Source of the DNA: Anaerolineae bacterium
Lineage (GTDB): Bacteria; Chloroflexota; Anaerolineae; UBA1429
Length of the DNA: 64,000 nt
Direction: 5' to 3'
Assembly (NCBI GenBank): GCA_963675785.1
Contig: OY776562.1
Span: 2,528,001-2,592,000 of the forward strand
Below, piece after piece: positions 1-9,613 of the stretch; position 1 is the stretch's first letter; each line of letters starts with the position of its first letter. Under the pieces are notes generated by a model that saw only the letters and a program-made list of their open reading frames with translations, did not search any database and was not told the origin of the DNA. The position numbers and the translations under genes are program-made.

Positions 1-42
1 TTGACTTGTTCTAGCATTTGCTAAAGAGAACGTCAAAGAACA

Positions 43-66
43 AGGGCCTGCCAAGAGGCAGGCCCT
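43..66. terminator. Intrinsic terminator-like hairpin after ogl paralog 1
   Basis: AGGGCCTGCC/GGCAGGCCCT 10-bp stem, 15 nt past the stop of the minus-strand gene. Confidence 0.7.
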
Positions 67-80
67 GTTTTGTGGAAGAA

Positions 81-1241
81 CTAGACCTCGTTCTTGGCTG
101 CTAGAGTTGATCGATCAGGCAGGTCATCCCAATCAGGAATTTCCACCAAGAAAGCCTGACCATAACCCTGCGGATCAGCCGTAAAGGCGATCTGCTTGCC
201 ATCCGGACTAAAGCAAGGATGTACGTGTACATTCTGGATGTGAAACGAGCCACGGTGCCAGGCCAGAGCCTTGGGACCCTCAAAGACGCCGTCCTTCATA
301 CGCCACAGCAGTAGATAGGGATTGGCCGCCGTGCCATCACCCACTACCTGATCCAAGAAATAGCTGTGATAGTGCCAAGAGTGATAGGCAAACGGAGCCT
401 CGACACGGTCGCTGTTGTCATAGTGGATTGAACCGTACATCTCGCCGTCAGGTGTTTTACCATGGTAACCCACGTGCACGCCATCGGGCATCCAATATTC
501 GTGACCCACCGACTCTTCCGATGTCTGCGGACGCAACGGATAGATCTCGCCTGTGTCCGTATTCAGCACCCACATGCGCTGCTCAACCAAATCCCAAGGA
601 CCTTCGTGGCAGATGGTCATAATGTTACGTACTTTGGGTGAGGGGTTGAGGTGCCCCAGCCAGTTACGATCCTCGTGAATGACTTCTTGGCCGCTGCCAT
701 CCATAGCCACCTTGAGAATCTTGGATTGTGGATGGTACTCGAACCATTCACGGAACCCAACGTAACCATGGCCCATATCGGTATAGATGCGGTCCGAAAG
801 GTCGTCGACCTCAGAAGTAATAAGATACTTGCCATCGGCCGTAACGTTCGTGCCGCCACCGACCCAACCATCTGGCTTTTCATAGATTGTGCGCTCTTCA
901 AGGGTATTCAGATCCAGTACTTTGATGACCTTACCCTGGCTGAACACAACTTCATCCTTGGCGGGGTTGATCGAAGTTCCGCCGATGCCCAATTCCTTGG
1001 GGTAATCGGTCAGTTGCAAAAGCTCACCTGTCTTGAGATCGACACTATAGAGGTTGGTCGCATTCTCACGATCTGAAGTGATGACCATCTTGGTCGTATT
1101 GGCGTACCAGCAGGGGTTGGTGAAATAAGAATGTCGACTATGTGCATAATAGTCCGTCAGCTGATGTACGGTCGCGCCGGTCATGGGATCCTGATATGTA
1201 TTCCACTCAGCCGGCCAAATCCGCCCTTTGCCACTCGTCAT
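81..1241 (-). CDS. Oligogalacturonate lyase family (PL22) beta-propeller protein, paralog 1
   Basis: N-term 'GRIWPAEW..YQDPMTGATVHQLT', 'CHEGPWDLVEQRMW', 'GHEYW', 'HVHP' motifs like Ogl; AGGAG RBS. Confidence 0.8.
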   Translation of the reverse strand: MTSGKGRIWPAEWNTYQDPMTGATVHQLTDYYAHSRHSYFTNPCWYANTTKMVITSDRENATNLYSVDLKTGELLQLTDYPKELGIGGTSINPAKDEVVFSQGKVIKVLDLNTLEERTIYEKPDGWVGGGTNVTADGKYLITSEVDDLSDRIYTDMGHGYVGFREWFEYHPQSKILKVAMDGSGQEVIHEDRNWLGHLNPSPKVRNIMTICHEGPWDLVEQRMWVLNTDTGEIYPLRPQTSEESVGHEYWMPDGVHVGYHGKTPDGEMYGSIHYDNSDRVEAPFAYHSWHYHSYFLDQVVGDGTAANPYLLLWRMKDGVFEGPKALAWHRGSFHIQNVHVHPCFSPDGKQIAFTADPQGYGQAFLVEIPDWDDLPDRSTLAAKNEV

Positions 1242-1334
1242 GTTACTCTCCTATTCATACAAGAAATCGCAGACAAAAGCCTAACTCATAATAGGCCCTA
1301 ACTACCGCCCAGCTAACCCAAGTTCGTGCTCAAT

Positions 1335-2477
1335 CTAGAGTGCTGATCTATCAGGCAGGTCATCCCAATCGGGAATATCCACCAAGAAAGCCTGACCATA
1401 GCCCTGCGGATCGGCCGTATAGGCGATCTGCTTGCCGTCGGGGCTAAAGTAAGGATGTACATGCAAATCCTGTACATGGAAAGAGCCACGATGCCAAGCC
1501 AAAGCCTTGGGGCCTTCAAAAACGCCATTCTTCATGCGCCACAACAGTAAGTAAGGGTTATCCGCTGCGCCATCACCCACTACCAGATCCAAAAAGTAGC
1601 TGTGATAGTGCCAAGAATGATAAGCAAATGGAGCCTCGATCTGATCTGTATTGTCATAGAGGATCGAACCATACATCTCGCCGTCAGGTGTTCTGCCATG
1701 GTAGCCAACATGTTCGCCATCGGGCATCCAGTACTCGTGCCCTACCGACTCTTCTGGCGTCTGTGGACGTAGCGGGTAAATATCACCAGTATCCGTGTTT
1801 AGCACCCATATACGCTGTTCAACCAGATCCCAAGGCCCCTCATGGCAAATCGTCATGATATTGGGTAATTTGGGTGAGGTGTTGAGGTGAGTAATCCAGT
1901 TCTTTTCCTCATGAATGATCTCCTGACCGCTGCCATCCATAGCTACCTTGATGATCTTGGAAACTGGATGATACTCGAACCATTCACGGAACCCCACATA
2001 ACCATGGCTCATGTCGGTATGAATGCGATCCGAAAGATCGTCAACCTCGGAAGTGATAACATACTTGCCATCAGCCGTGATATTGGTGCCACCACCTGAC
2101 CAACCATCGGGCTTTTCGTAAATTGTGCGTTCCTCGAGCGTGTGTAGATCTAGCACTTTCATATACTTGCCCTGACCAAACACAAGCTCGTCCTTGACAG
2201 GATTGATGTAGCCGCCACCAGCACCAAACCCCTTGGGATAGTCGGTCAGTTGTAAAAGCTCTCCCGTCTTTAGGTCAACGCTGTACAAGTTAGTCGTGTT
2301 CTCACGATCTGAAGTGATTACTATCTTGGTCGCATTGTCATACCAACAAGGATTGGTAAAATAAGAATTCCGGCTGTTCGCATAATAATCCGTTAATTGA
2401 TGTACGGTTGCACCTGTCTTGGGATCCTCGTAGGTCTTCCACTCTGCCGGCCAGATCCGCCCTTTGCCACCCGTCAT
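1335..2477 (-). CDS. Oligogalacturonate lyase family (PL22), paralog 2
   Basis: Highly similar to 81..1241, same motifs and same RBS context. Confidence 0.8.
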   Translation of the reverse strand: MTGGKGRIWPAEWKTYEDPKTGATVHQLTDYYANSRNSYFTNPCWYDNATKIVITSDRENTTNLYSVDLKTGELLQLTDYPKGFGAGGGYINPVKDELVFGQGKYMKVLDLHTLEERTIYEKPDGWSGGGTNITADGKYVITSEVDDLSDRIHTDMSHGYVGFREWFEYHPVSKIIKVAMDGSGQEIIHEEKNWITHLNTSPKLPNIMTICHEGPWDLVEQRIWVLNTDTGDIYPLRPQTPEESVGHEYWMPDGEHVGYHGRTPDGEMYGSILYDNTDQIEAPFAYHSWHYHSYFLDLVVGDGAADNPYLLLWRMKNGVFEGPKALAWHRGSFHVQDLHVHPYFSPDGKQIAYTADPQGYGQAFLVDIPDWDDLPDRSAL

Positions 2478-2614
2478 GTTACTCTCCTATTTCTAGCAGT
2501 AAGAACAAGCGCCAGACTAACCGCCCGATAACGCCTTGTCAACACTGCCAATAGAAATACTCTTTAAAAATGGTGATTCTTACCAGAGAAAATCGCCTAG
2601 GTACAAGTACGGAA

Positions 2615-3796
2615 TCAAAGCGCGGTCCGTTCGGGCAGATCGTCCCAATCGGGAATATCGACAAGATATATCTGCCCATAACCCTCTGGGTCTGATGTAT
2701 AGACCACTTGCGGCGCATAGGGGCTACAGCAGGGATGCGCATGCACACGCCCCACATGGAACGAACCGCGATGCCAGGTCAACACGCGCGGTCCCTCGAA
2801 AGAATCACCGCGGAACTTCCACATCAGCAAGTAAGTGTCCTTTGCACTGCCATCGCCCACAATTGTATCCAGGCTCAGGCTGTGAAAGTGAGTCGATCCG
2901 TAAGTGAACGGGGCCTCGACATGCTCGGTATTATCATAGCGAATCGAGCCATACACCGGGCCGTTGGGCGTTCGCCCATGAAAACCAATATGCTCTCCAT
3001 CATGCATCCAATATTCGTGACCAATGGCCTCGTCTGGTGCATTCTCTCGAATAGCCCAGCAGTCCCCTGTATTTATATCCAGACCCCAAATACGATTCTC
3101 GACCACGTTCCAGTTGCCCTCGTGGCAAAAGGTCATGATGTTGGGCAGAGTTGGCGACGGATTGGCATGGCCAAAGTAGTAATCCTCTTCATGTACCACC
3201 TGAGAACCGCTGCCATCCACCGCCACCTTGACGATAGTGGAATGGGGGTGCAATTCCCAAATCATCTGGCGATAGCCAGAGACATCGCCGCCCTTTTTGC
3301 CTATGGCAAAGCGCTGAAATCCGGGGTCATCCGAACGACCCGATACATCTTCAATATGAAAAGTAATGACGTATTTGCCATCGGCAGTGGTTGAAGTAGA
3401 GCCTTTCATATAACCATCCGGCCGCCTGTAGATATCTGTCTCCTGAAGGGTATCCAGGTCAAGTTTTCTCAACATCGGTCCCTGATAGTAATAGACATCG
3501 CGTGTTTTAGTATTGACCGATATTCTATTGCCCAGCTCGCCATCAGCCAGATCCAAATCTGTCAATTGGAGAATCTCGCCCGAGAATAAATCCACGCTAT
3601 AGATGTTATAGCTATTCTCTCGTTCTGATATGAACACCAACTTACGACCCTCGTCATACCAACCAGAATCCGTAAAATAGGGATGGTAATTATGGGCCAT
3701 ATAGCTGGTTAGTTGGTGAACCGTAGCACCGCTCACGCCATCAACAAACGTTTGCTTCTCTGACGGCCAGATCCGCCCCTTGTTTTCACCTTTCAT
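2615..3796 (-). CDS. Oligogalacturonate lyase family (PL22), paralog 3 (more divergent)
   Basis: 'FCHEGNWNVVENRIW','GHEYW','HAHP'; start moved to ATG 3796 behind GAGGAGG RBS. Confidence 0.78.
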   Translation of the reverse strand: MKGENKGRIWPSEKQTFVDGVSGATVHQLTSYMAHNYHPYFTDSGWYDEGRKLVFISERENSYNIYSVDLFSGEILQLTDLDLADGELGNRISVNTKTRDVYYYQGPMLRKLDLDTLQETDIYRRPDGYMKGSTSTTADGKYVITFHIEDVSGRSDDPGFQRFAIGKKGGDVSGYRQMIWELHPHSTIVKVAVDGSGSQVVHEEDYYFGHANPSPTLPNIMTFCHEGNWNVVENRIWGLDINTGDCWAIRENAPDEAIGHEYWMHDGEHIGFHGRTPNGPVYGSIRYDNTEHVEAPFTYGSTHFHSLSLDTIVGDGSAKDTYLLMWKFRGDSFEGPRVLTWHRGSFHVGRVHAHPCCSPYAPQVVYTSDPEGYGQIYLVDIPDWDDLPERTAL

Positions 3797-3896
3797 CGTG
3801 TCCTCCTCTGCAAACAAAATCCCGGCCAAATTTGGTTGCTAAACCAAGCTTAACCGGGGTCTTTAATTTGTCCAGTGCGTCAATAACCTAGCCGCA

Positions 3897-5438
3897 TCAA
3901 TACCAGATAATGGTACGGGAAGTGCTGGAAGGGCTAAGGGGAGTGCCAATTTCAGCTTCGCTATAGCGCGATACCACTGTCACCTGCCAGAGAAGCTGTT
4001 GCTTCTCATCCTGGGCCGGACGCAATCCCTCGGCAAGCCTTACAGAGGTAGCCTGTGTCCAAATCTCTATCTCTTCTTCTCCGATATCTGACGGCCAAAT
4101 GCGTACCAGGTACCATTCGTAAGGTTCCAAAATGCCGCTAGAAGTCCAGTTGAGCAAGATAGTCGCATCATCACCAGTGAACGCCGCTCCATTTACCGGG
4201 CTCAAAAGATAAGGCTTTGTGTAGACGTAATTGATAGATTCGGAAGCCGCAGGCGTTAGTGTAGGTACTGGCGTTACAGTTGGCATACCCGGCAGCGGCG
4301 TTGCTGTAGGTTCGGGTGTGCGTGTTGCCGCAGTGCCGCCAGCAGGAATAATGATCTCCTGACCGATGGAAAGAACAGAAGTCAAAGTAAGGTTGTTGGC
4401 AGCCAGAATCTCGTCAGCTGACACACCATAGTGAGCAGCGATAGACTCGATGTATTCGCCAGAAACTACCTTATGCACCGTAGCACGCTCTGGTTCTACG
4501 GTAGGTGTTGCTGTTGGCTCAGCCACAGCAACTGTATCCTCATCGTCTGCAGCCAGGGGAATCACCAGTTCCTGCCCAATGCTGAGAATATCGTCCACGT
4601 CGATGCCGTTGGCCGTAGCGATCTCTTGCTGAGTCACGCCATAGGTTCGGGCGATGATCAAAAGGTTTTCACCGGAGATCACCTTATGCACAACGGGCGT
4701 CGCCGTACCGCCCTCAACCGGGATAATCAACTTCTGGCCAATGCTCAAAATGTCATTCACACCCATATCGTTGGCATCGGCAATCTCTTGCTGAGTCACA
4801 CCATACATCTGAGCGATGACCAACAAGTTTTGTCCGGCAGTCACCGTGTGGATCGTTTGAGAAGCAGCTGGCTCTTCTGTTGTTGCCTCGGATACAACCG
4901 TTGCAACAGGTGTTGGCGTCGCCTCGGGTACCTCAGTCGACAGCACTACCTCATCGCCGTTGACCGGTATCTTGAGAATTTGGCCAATAGAAAGCACATC
5001 GTTTTCTGTTAGCCCGTTGATAGAAAAAAGAATGTCTACACTGGTATCAAAACTCTGGGCCACGCTAAGCATGGTATCACCACGAACGACAGAGTATTCG
5101 ATATAGGCCGGGGTTGGCGTCGCAGTCATCGTCGGCGTTAGAGTGGGTGTTGCACTTGCCGTGGCAGTCATCGTCATGGTAGGGGTTGATGAAGGGCCCG
5201 GCACAGACGTATAGCGCTCAGCTACGTTAACCGGCTCATCAGTTTCCAGATTGAGCCAAGCATTTGAGGATAACATAGCGCCCAACAATGCAACAAAAGC
5301 AATGACTAGCGCCAACATTGTCCAACGGCGCGCCCCTTTGGAAGCAGCCAGGTTCAGCTCATCTTCGGGTACCTGATTATCGCTGTCATGTTGATCCTCT
5401 TGGATCGGATCAGGATTTTTATTCTCTACATCACTCAT
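3897..5438 (-). CDS. Membrane-anchored protein with four LysM domains and Pro/Thr-rich linkers
   Basis: N-terminal TM helix; four '(Y/H)xVxxG(D/E/Q)...IA..YGV....I..AN......LSIGQ.L.IP' repeats. Confidence 0.9.
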   Translation of the reverse strand: MSDVENKNPDPIQEDQHDSDNQVPEDELNLAASKGARRWTMLALVIAFVALLGAMLSSNAWLNLETDEPVNVAERYTSVPGPSSTPTMTMTATASATPTLTPTMTATPTPAYIEYSVVRGDTMLSVAQSFDTSVDILFSINGLTENDVLSIGQILKIPVNGDEVVLSTEVPEATPTPVATVVSEATTEEPAASQTIHTVTAGQNLLVIAQMYGVTQQEIADANDMGVNDILSIGQKLIIPVEGGTATPVVHKVISGENLLIIARTYGVTQQEIATANGIDVDDILSIGQELVIPLAADDEDTVAVAEPTATPTVEPERATVHKVVSGEYIESIAAHYGVSADEILAANNLTLTSVLSIGQEIIIPAGGTAATRTPEPTATPLPGMPTVTPVPTLTPAASESINYVYTKPYLLSPVNGAAFTGDDATILLNWTSSGILEPYEWYLVRIWPSDIGEEEIEIWTQATSVRLAEGLRPAQDEKQQLLWQVTVVSRYSEAEIGTPLSPSSTSRTIIWY

Positions 5439-5452
5439 GTTCTGTCCACAAC

Positions 5453-6016
5453 CTAAGGATTGAGATCCAATTCACCAGCCACCGGCTTGAGCGCTTTTAC
5501 AACAAACATGATGTGCTCACCTAGATCTACGCCCATCTCTTCAGCACCGAGCAGGATGTCCTCCCGGTTAACACCGCGAGCAAACGCCTTATCCTTGAAC
5601 TTTTTTCTGATCGAGCTGAGCTTCATGGTCGAAAGGTCCCTATCCGGGCGTACCAGGGCACAAGCTACAACAAGACCTGATAGTTCATCGACAGCAAAAA
5701 GCGTTTTAGCCATCATTGTTTCTCTAGGAACACCGAGATAGGTGGCGTGTCCCTTGATGGCCTCGATAATATCCTCCGGCCAGTCCATCTCTTGCAGCAT
5801 GGTCGTACCCACAATAGGATGTTCTTCAGCCGTCGGGTGTTCCTCATAATCGAAATCATGGATGAGTCCAGTGACGGCCCAACGCTCTTCATCTTCGCCG
5901 TAATGTCGTGCATAGGCCCGCATCACGGCCTCCACAGCCAGGGCATGCTTGATGAGTTGCGGATTCTTGGTATGCTCGTTTAATAGAACCCAGGCCTCTT
6001 CACGCGTTGGTGTCAC
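5453..6016 (-). CDS. HDIG/HD-domain metal-dependent phosphohydrolase
   Basis: 'LIKHALAVEAVM','GLIHDFDYE','LFAVDELSG'; GGAGG RBS, GTG start. Confidence 0.85.
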   Translation of the reverse strand: MTPTREEAWVLLNEHTKNPQLIKHALAVEAVMRAYARHYGEDEERWAVTGLIHDFDYEEHPTAEEHPIVGTTMLQEMDWPEDIIEAIKGHATYLGVPRETMMAKTLFAVDELSGLVVACALVRPDRDLSTMKLSSIRKKFKDKAFARGVNREDILLGAEEMGVDLGEHIMFVVKALKPVAGELDLNP

Positions 6017-6036
6017 AATGAAACCTCCAATACCAG

Positions 6037-6750
6037 CTATCGAGATAGCGCCAATTGCTGTACCAGGAACAGCTCGTCCAAGCCCTTTTCCGCCAGAGCC
6101 ATGAACTGATCCAATGCCTCACGAGAAAAGGGTTCGCCCTCTGCCGTTCCCTGCACTTCGATGAAAGCATGTTGATCATTCATCACTACGTTGAAATCCA
6201 CTTGTGCGCGGGAATCTTCGACATAGGCAAGATCGAGCAAAGGTTCGCCTTCTACCAAGCCCACGCTCACGGCCGCCACAGCTGGACCAAAGACATCAGA
6301 CGATACAAGCCCTTTTCCCACCAGTCCTCGCAAAGCGAACATCAGGGCGACATAGCCACCCGTCACTGAAGCAGTACGCGTTCCGCCATCGGCCTGGAGC
6401 ACATCACAATCGATAGTGATGGCATAGCCGTCGAGAGCTGGCAAGCTCACCGCAGCACGCAAGGAGCGGCCGATAAGGCGCTGAATCTCTTGCGTGCGTC
6501 CCGATATCTTGAGCCGTTCTCGATCGTGGCGGGTATTGGTAGCACGAGGAAGCATAGCATATTCAGCCGTCACCCAACCACGCCCACGCCCTTCAAGCCA
6601 GGTGGGGAGAGTTTGGGAGACAGAAGCCGCGCAGAGCACGCGCGTATCACCAAAAGAGATCAGAGCCGATCCCTCAGCATAAGGCTGGTAGCCGGTGATA
6701 ATCTCAATGGGGCGTAGTGCATCGGGGGCTCGTCCGTCAGCCCGCATCAT
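6037..6750 (-). CDS. rph: Ribonuclease PH
   Basis: 'RADGR','[14 protein letters not shown]','[17 protein letters not shown]','[15 protein letters not shown]'; exact Met start +/-3 nt. Confidence 0.97.
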   Translation of the reverse strand: MMRADGRAPDALRPIEIITGYQPYAEGSALISFGDTRVLCAASVSQTLPTWLEGRGRGWVTAEYAMLPRATNTRHDRERLKISGRTQEIQRLIGRSLRAAVSLPALDGYAITIDCDVLQADGGTRTASVTGGYVALMFALRGLVGKGLVSSDVFGPAVAAVSVGLVEGEPLLDLAYVEDSRAQVDFNVVMNDQHAFIEVQGTAEGEPFSREALDQFMALAEKGLDELFLVQQLALSR

Positions 6751-7249
6751 CATCAACTCCTTTGAAATCAAACTCTGAGGGGCCGGGGGCATAGCCCATC
6801 TCCGTCAAGAGTTCGTCTTGCTTGTGCCACATTTCGTGCTGTTGTTCAGCATCAGGATGGTCATAGCCCAACAAATGCAGGCAGCCATGCACGACTAACA
6901 GAGCCAACTCATCATTAACATGGCGCCCCGCAGCAAGAGCCTGCCGCTGCATCTGCGGTAAAGAAATGACGATATCCCCTAGATTGACAGGCATCCCTTC
7001 GGGCAACACAAAAGGTTCGCCTTCAAAAGATGAAAAGGAAAGGACATCCGTCGGCGCATCAACATCACGATATTTGCGATTGAGTTCTCTAATATGCTCG
7101 TCCAAAGTTACAAGAACACAGAGTTCGGTGTCATCCGGCTGATTGTGGTGCTGCAACACGTGCTCGGCCACAGAAATGATCAAGTCACTCTCTGTTTGGG
7201 CAAGCGTTACGCCATCGCCTTCCAGTACCTGAATCTCATAGGCAGACAT
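6737..7249 (-). CDS. ybeY: rRNA maturation RNase YbeY
   Basis: '[15 protein letters not shown]','LGDIVIS','[11 protein letters not shown]'. Confidence 0.96.
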   Translation of the reverse strand: MSAYEIQVLEGDGVTLAQTESDLIISVAEHVLQHHNQPDDTELCVLVTLDEHIRELNRKYRDVDAPTDVLSFSSFEGEPFVLPEGMPVNLGDIVISLPQMQRQALAAGRHVNDELALLVVHGCLHLLGYDHPDAEQQHEMWHKQDELLTEMGYAPGPSEFDFKGVDDDAG

Positions 7250-7980
7250 TAGGCCTGACTTTCTACTTTTTCAAGAACATCTAAAGCGTGATCCTCTCCG
7301 CTCTCAATGGCAAGTGTGCGCTCGGCGTAGACACCTCGGTATGATTCAGGCAGGTTGAGTGCAATCTTGAGCATGATCAAATCAGACAGGGCTTGAAGTT
7401 GAGCAGTAGATGGCTTTTGCAATTGGGGCAAATAAAAGGGCTCCCCCACTACCACATGGCACACCGGGCGCCGCAGGTGTTTCCATTCTCCAATGCGCTC
7501 GACACCCCATTGGGCTACGGGCACAATAGGCACACGGTCGCGCTGAGCGATAAAAGCGATGCCCGGGCGCGCCATTTGCATCTGACTCGTTTTGCTGCGC
7601 GTTCCTTCTGGCGCAATAACCAGCGGATAGCCGCTATCCAAAGCTTTGAACGAGTCCTTGAGTGCCTGACGATCTACCTCACCTCGTTTGATAAAGATAG
7701 AACCTATCTGCTTTAAAAGCCAGCCAGCAATGCCCCGGTCCCGCCACTTGTCGGCAGCAAAAGGCACGACCTGCCTCTTTGTAACCGGGGCCATGACAAT
7801 AGTATCAAACATGTGCAAATGGTTAAAGGCCAGAATGATAGGTCCTTCTTGGGGTACATTTTCTGAACCTACTAGGCGATATTTGTATAGGAAATGGGCC
7901 AAAAAGCACAAGACTGCACGCCATGCGGCATACATATGTCGATTGACTTTCCATGCTGTTTGGGGCGGCTTGATACTCAT
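7249..7980 (-). CDS. plsC: 1-acyl-sn-glycerol-3-phosphate acyltransferase
   Basis: 'NHLHMFD' (HX4D), 'FIKRG', 'APEGTRS'. Confidence 0.88.
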   Translation of the reverse strand: MSIKPPQTAWKVNRHMYAAWRAVLCFLAHFLYKYRLVGSENVPQEGPIILAFNHLHMFDTIVMAPVTKRQVVPFAADKWRDRGIAGWLLKQIGSIFIKRGEVDRQALKDSFKALDSGYPLVIAPEGTRSKTSQMQMARPGIAFIAQRDRVPIVPVAQWGVERIGEWKHLRRPVCHVVVGEPFYLPQLQKPSTAQLQALSDLIMLKIALNLPESYRGVYAERTLAIESGEDHALDVLEKVESQA

Positions 7981-8202
7981 TCGTCACTTTCCTCTTGAAA
8001 TACAAGCTCCATTGTACCACAACGGACCATGCACCATGAATAACACCAATTTTATTACAGTTCTTAACATTGATTCTGGCGCAGCAATCTGATATGTTAA
8101 GTTCAGGCGTGCCTTGCTGATTTCACGTTCCACACGCCTCCGTCCATTGTTGATGAAAGAGTCGCTTTTTCTAATCTATCATCCCTTGCAGGAGGCCCTC
8201 CC

Positions 8203-9219
8203 ATGTTCAAACCACTGAATCAAAAACTTACTCTGATCATTGCCCTCATCACTGTCGCCACACTCATCGTCTCCGGCTGCGGTCTGGCCCAACCTGGTAT
8301 CGGCTATCAGGGCGTGCTAACCGACGCATCCGGACAACCTGTTCCCGATGGTACCTATGATATGGAATTTCGATTGTACGAGATCAACTATGAAGGCAAC
8401 CCTCTCGACCCTGATGTTGTGCCCAATCAAGTGTTTACCTATACAGCTTCTGTAGAGGTAACTGATGGCGTATTCGATGTTGTCATCGGCGATACGACAA
8501 CTCCCCTGCCCGTAGACAAGATGGGGCAAGAGATGGAACTAGAGATCGCCGTGGACAACGGCTCTAGCTATGAGACCCTTTCCCCCCGCCAACCCCTCGT
8601 TGGCGCACCTTATGCCTTTAGCCTCTATCCCGGTGCCTGCATCACCGATGTTACAACCGTTGAGGGACCGGCACTCACCATTTCCAAAGACAGCACGCTG
8701 GGGCCTGCACTACTGTTGGATGGCAAGTTAACGTCAACAGAATACTCTTACACCTGGATAAACCCCCTCTCTACCGTGGAAGAGGGAACCGCCGATCTGT
8801 TCACCTTTTACTACTCGGGATCTTCGGACTTGCGCATCAACGCCACGAGCGGCGGTACAGATTCAGATATTTTGATCCCCCTCGATGTGCCGGGCACCTT
8901 GCTGGGCCAGGACGTCACCCTAGATAGCGTTCGTTTATATTATGGCTGTTCAGGAGATTGTTCTGCCACACAAACACGCATTCGCAGCATCTACCTCAAC
9001 CGAGCCAGTTCAGCGTCCGCTGGTGCACTAACAGCGATTGATGATGCTGTTGGTATCAATGTATACGCCAGTAACAGCTCTTACTCACTTGGCAGCCTTG
9101 CTGAACCCCTCGGTTCAGATTCACTACAAAGCCTGGTGCTGCGTGTCTATCTTTACTTTCTGGATACAAACGACTATATTTATATCCGCGGTGTCAGACT
9201 GGGCTTTACCCACCAGTAA
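8203..9219 (+). CDS. Secreted/lipoprotein-like hypothetical protein with a fibre/adhesin-type N-terminal domain
   Basis: Signal peptide ending 'IVSGC'; 'YQGVLTDASGQPVPDGTYDMEFRLY...LSPRQPLVGAPYA' domain; AGGAGG RBS. Confidence 0.7.
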   Translation: MFKPLNQKLTLIIALITVATLIVSGCGLAQPGIGYQGVLTDASGQPVPDGTYDMEFRLYEINYEGNPLDPDVVPNQVFTYTASVEVTDGVFDVVIGDTTTPLPVDKMGQEMELEIAVDNGSSYETLSPRQPLVGAPYAFSLYPGACITDVTTVEGPALTISKDSTLGPALLLDGKLTSTEYSYTWINPLSTVEEGTADLFTFYYSGSSDLRINATSGGTDSDILIPLDVPGTLLGQDVTLDSVRLYYGCSGDCSATQTRIRSIYLNRASSASAGALTAIDDAVGINVYASNSSYSLGSLAEPLGSDSLQSLVLRVYLYFLDTNDYIYIRGVRLGFTHQ

Positions 9220-9230
9220 GGAGAGAAACA

Positions 9231-9515
9231 ATGAAATATGCCAAAATAGCATTCTTGGCGATGGTTCTCTTGCTGCTGGTTACCACCACCGTCAGCGCCG
9301 ATGCACCCTACAAGATCACGCTGTACCAGTTTCACGGCACTGGCGAGACCACGCTGTCTAGTGCCAGCTTTGGTCTGCAGGGTACCGTCACCTGGACGGG
9401 TATGGGGCAAACGAGCAGCGGAAGCTATGTGCTCACTTCTGGATTTTATCCGGCCGTAGTGATCAAGTCGCAATACAAGATATACGTCCCCCTGACCGTG
9501 AAAAACGCCACATAG
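9231..9515 (+). CDS. Small secreted protein with Chloroflexi-type C-terminal (I/V)YxPLxx(K/R) tail
   Basis: Signal peptide, 'SSASFGLQGTV..TGMGQTSSGSYVLTSGF', ends 'KIYVPLTVKNAT'; AAGGAG RBS. Confidence 0.75.
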   Translation: MKYAKIAFLAMVLLLLVTTTVSADAPYKITLYQFHGTGETTLSSASFGLQGTVTWTGMGQTSSGSYVLTSGFYPAVVIKSQYKIYVPLTVKNAT

Positions 9516-9532
9516 AACACCTTGAATCCCTT

Positions 9533-9565
9533 ACGAGCCAGACGCAGGTCTGGCTCGTTTGCTTT
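9533..9565 (+). terminator. Intrinsic terminator
   Basis: ACGAGCCAGAC/GTCTGGCTCGT stem followed by TTGCTTT. Confidence 0.7.
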
Positions 9566-9613
9566 GCTGCTTCATCCTACTAGAATGACGCCATCTTACG
9601 GAAAGGATGCTCC

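Noticed and set aside
4400-5110. Internal DNA repeats in the 513-aa gene
   Set aside because: Explained by the four LysM domains and Pro/Thr linkers.
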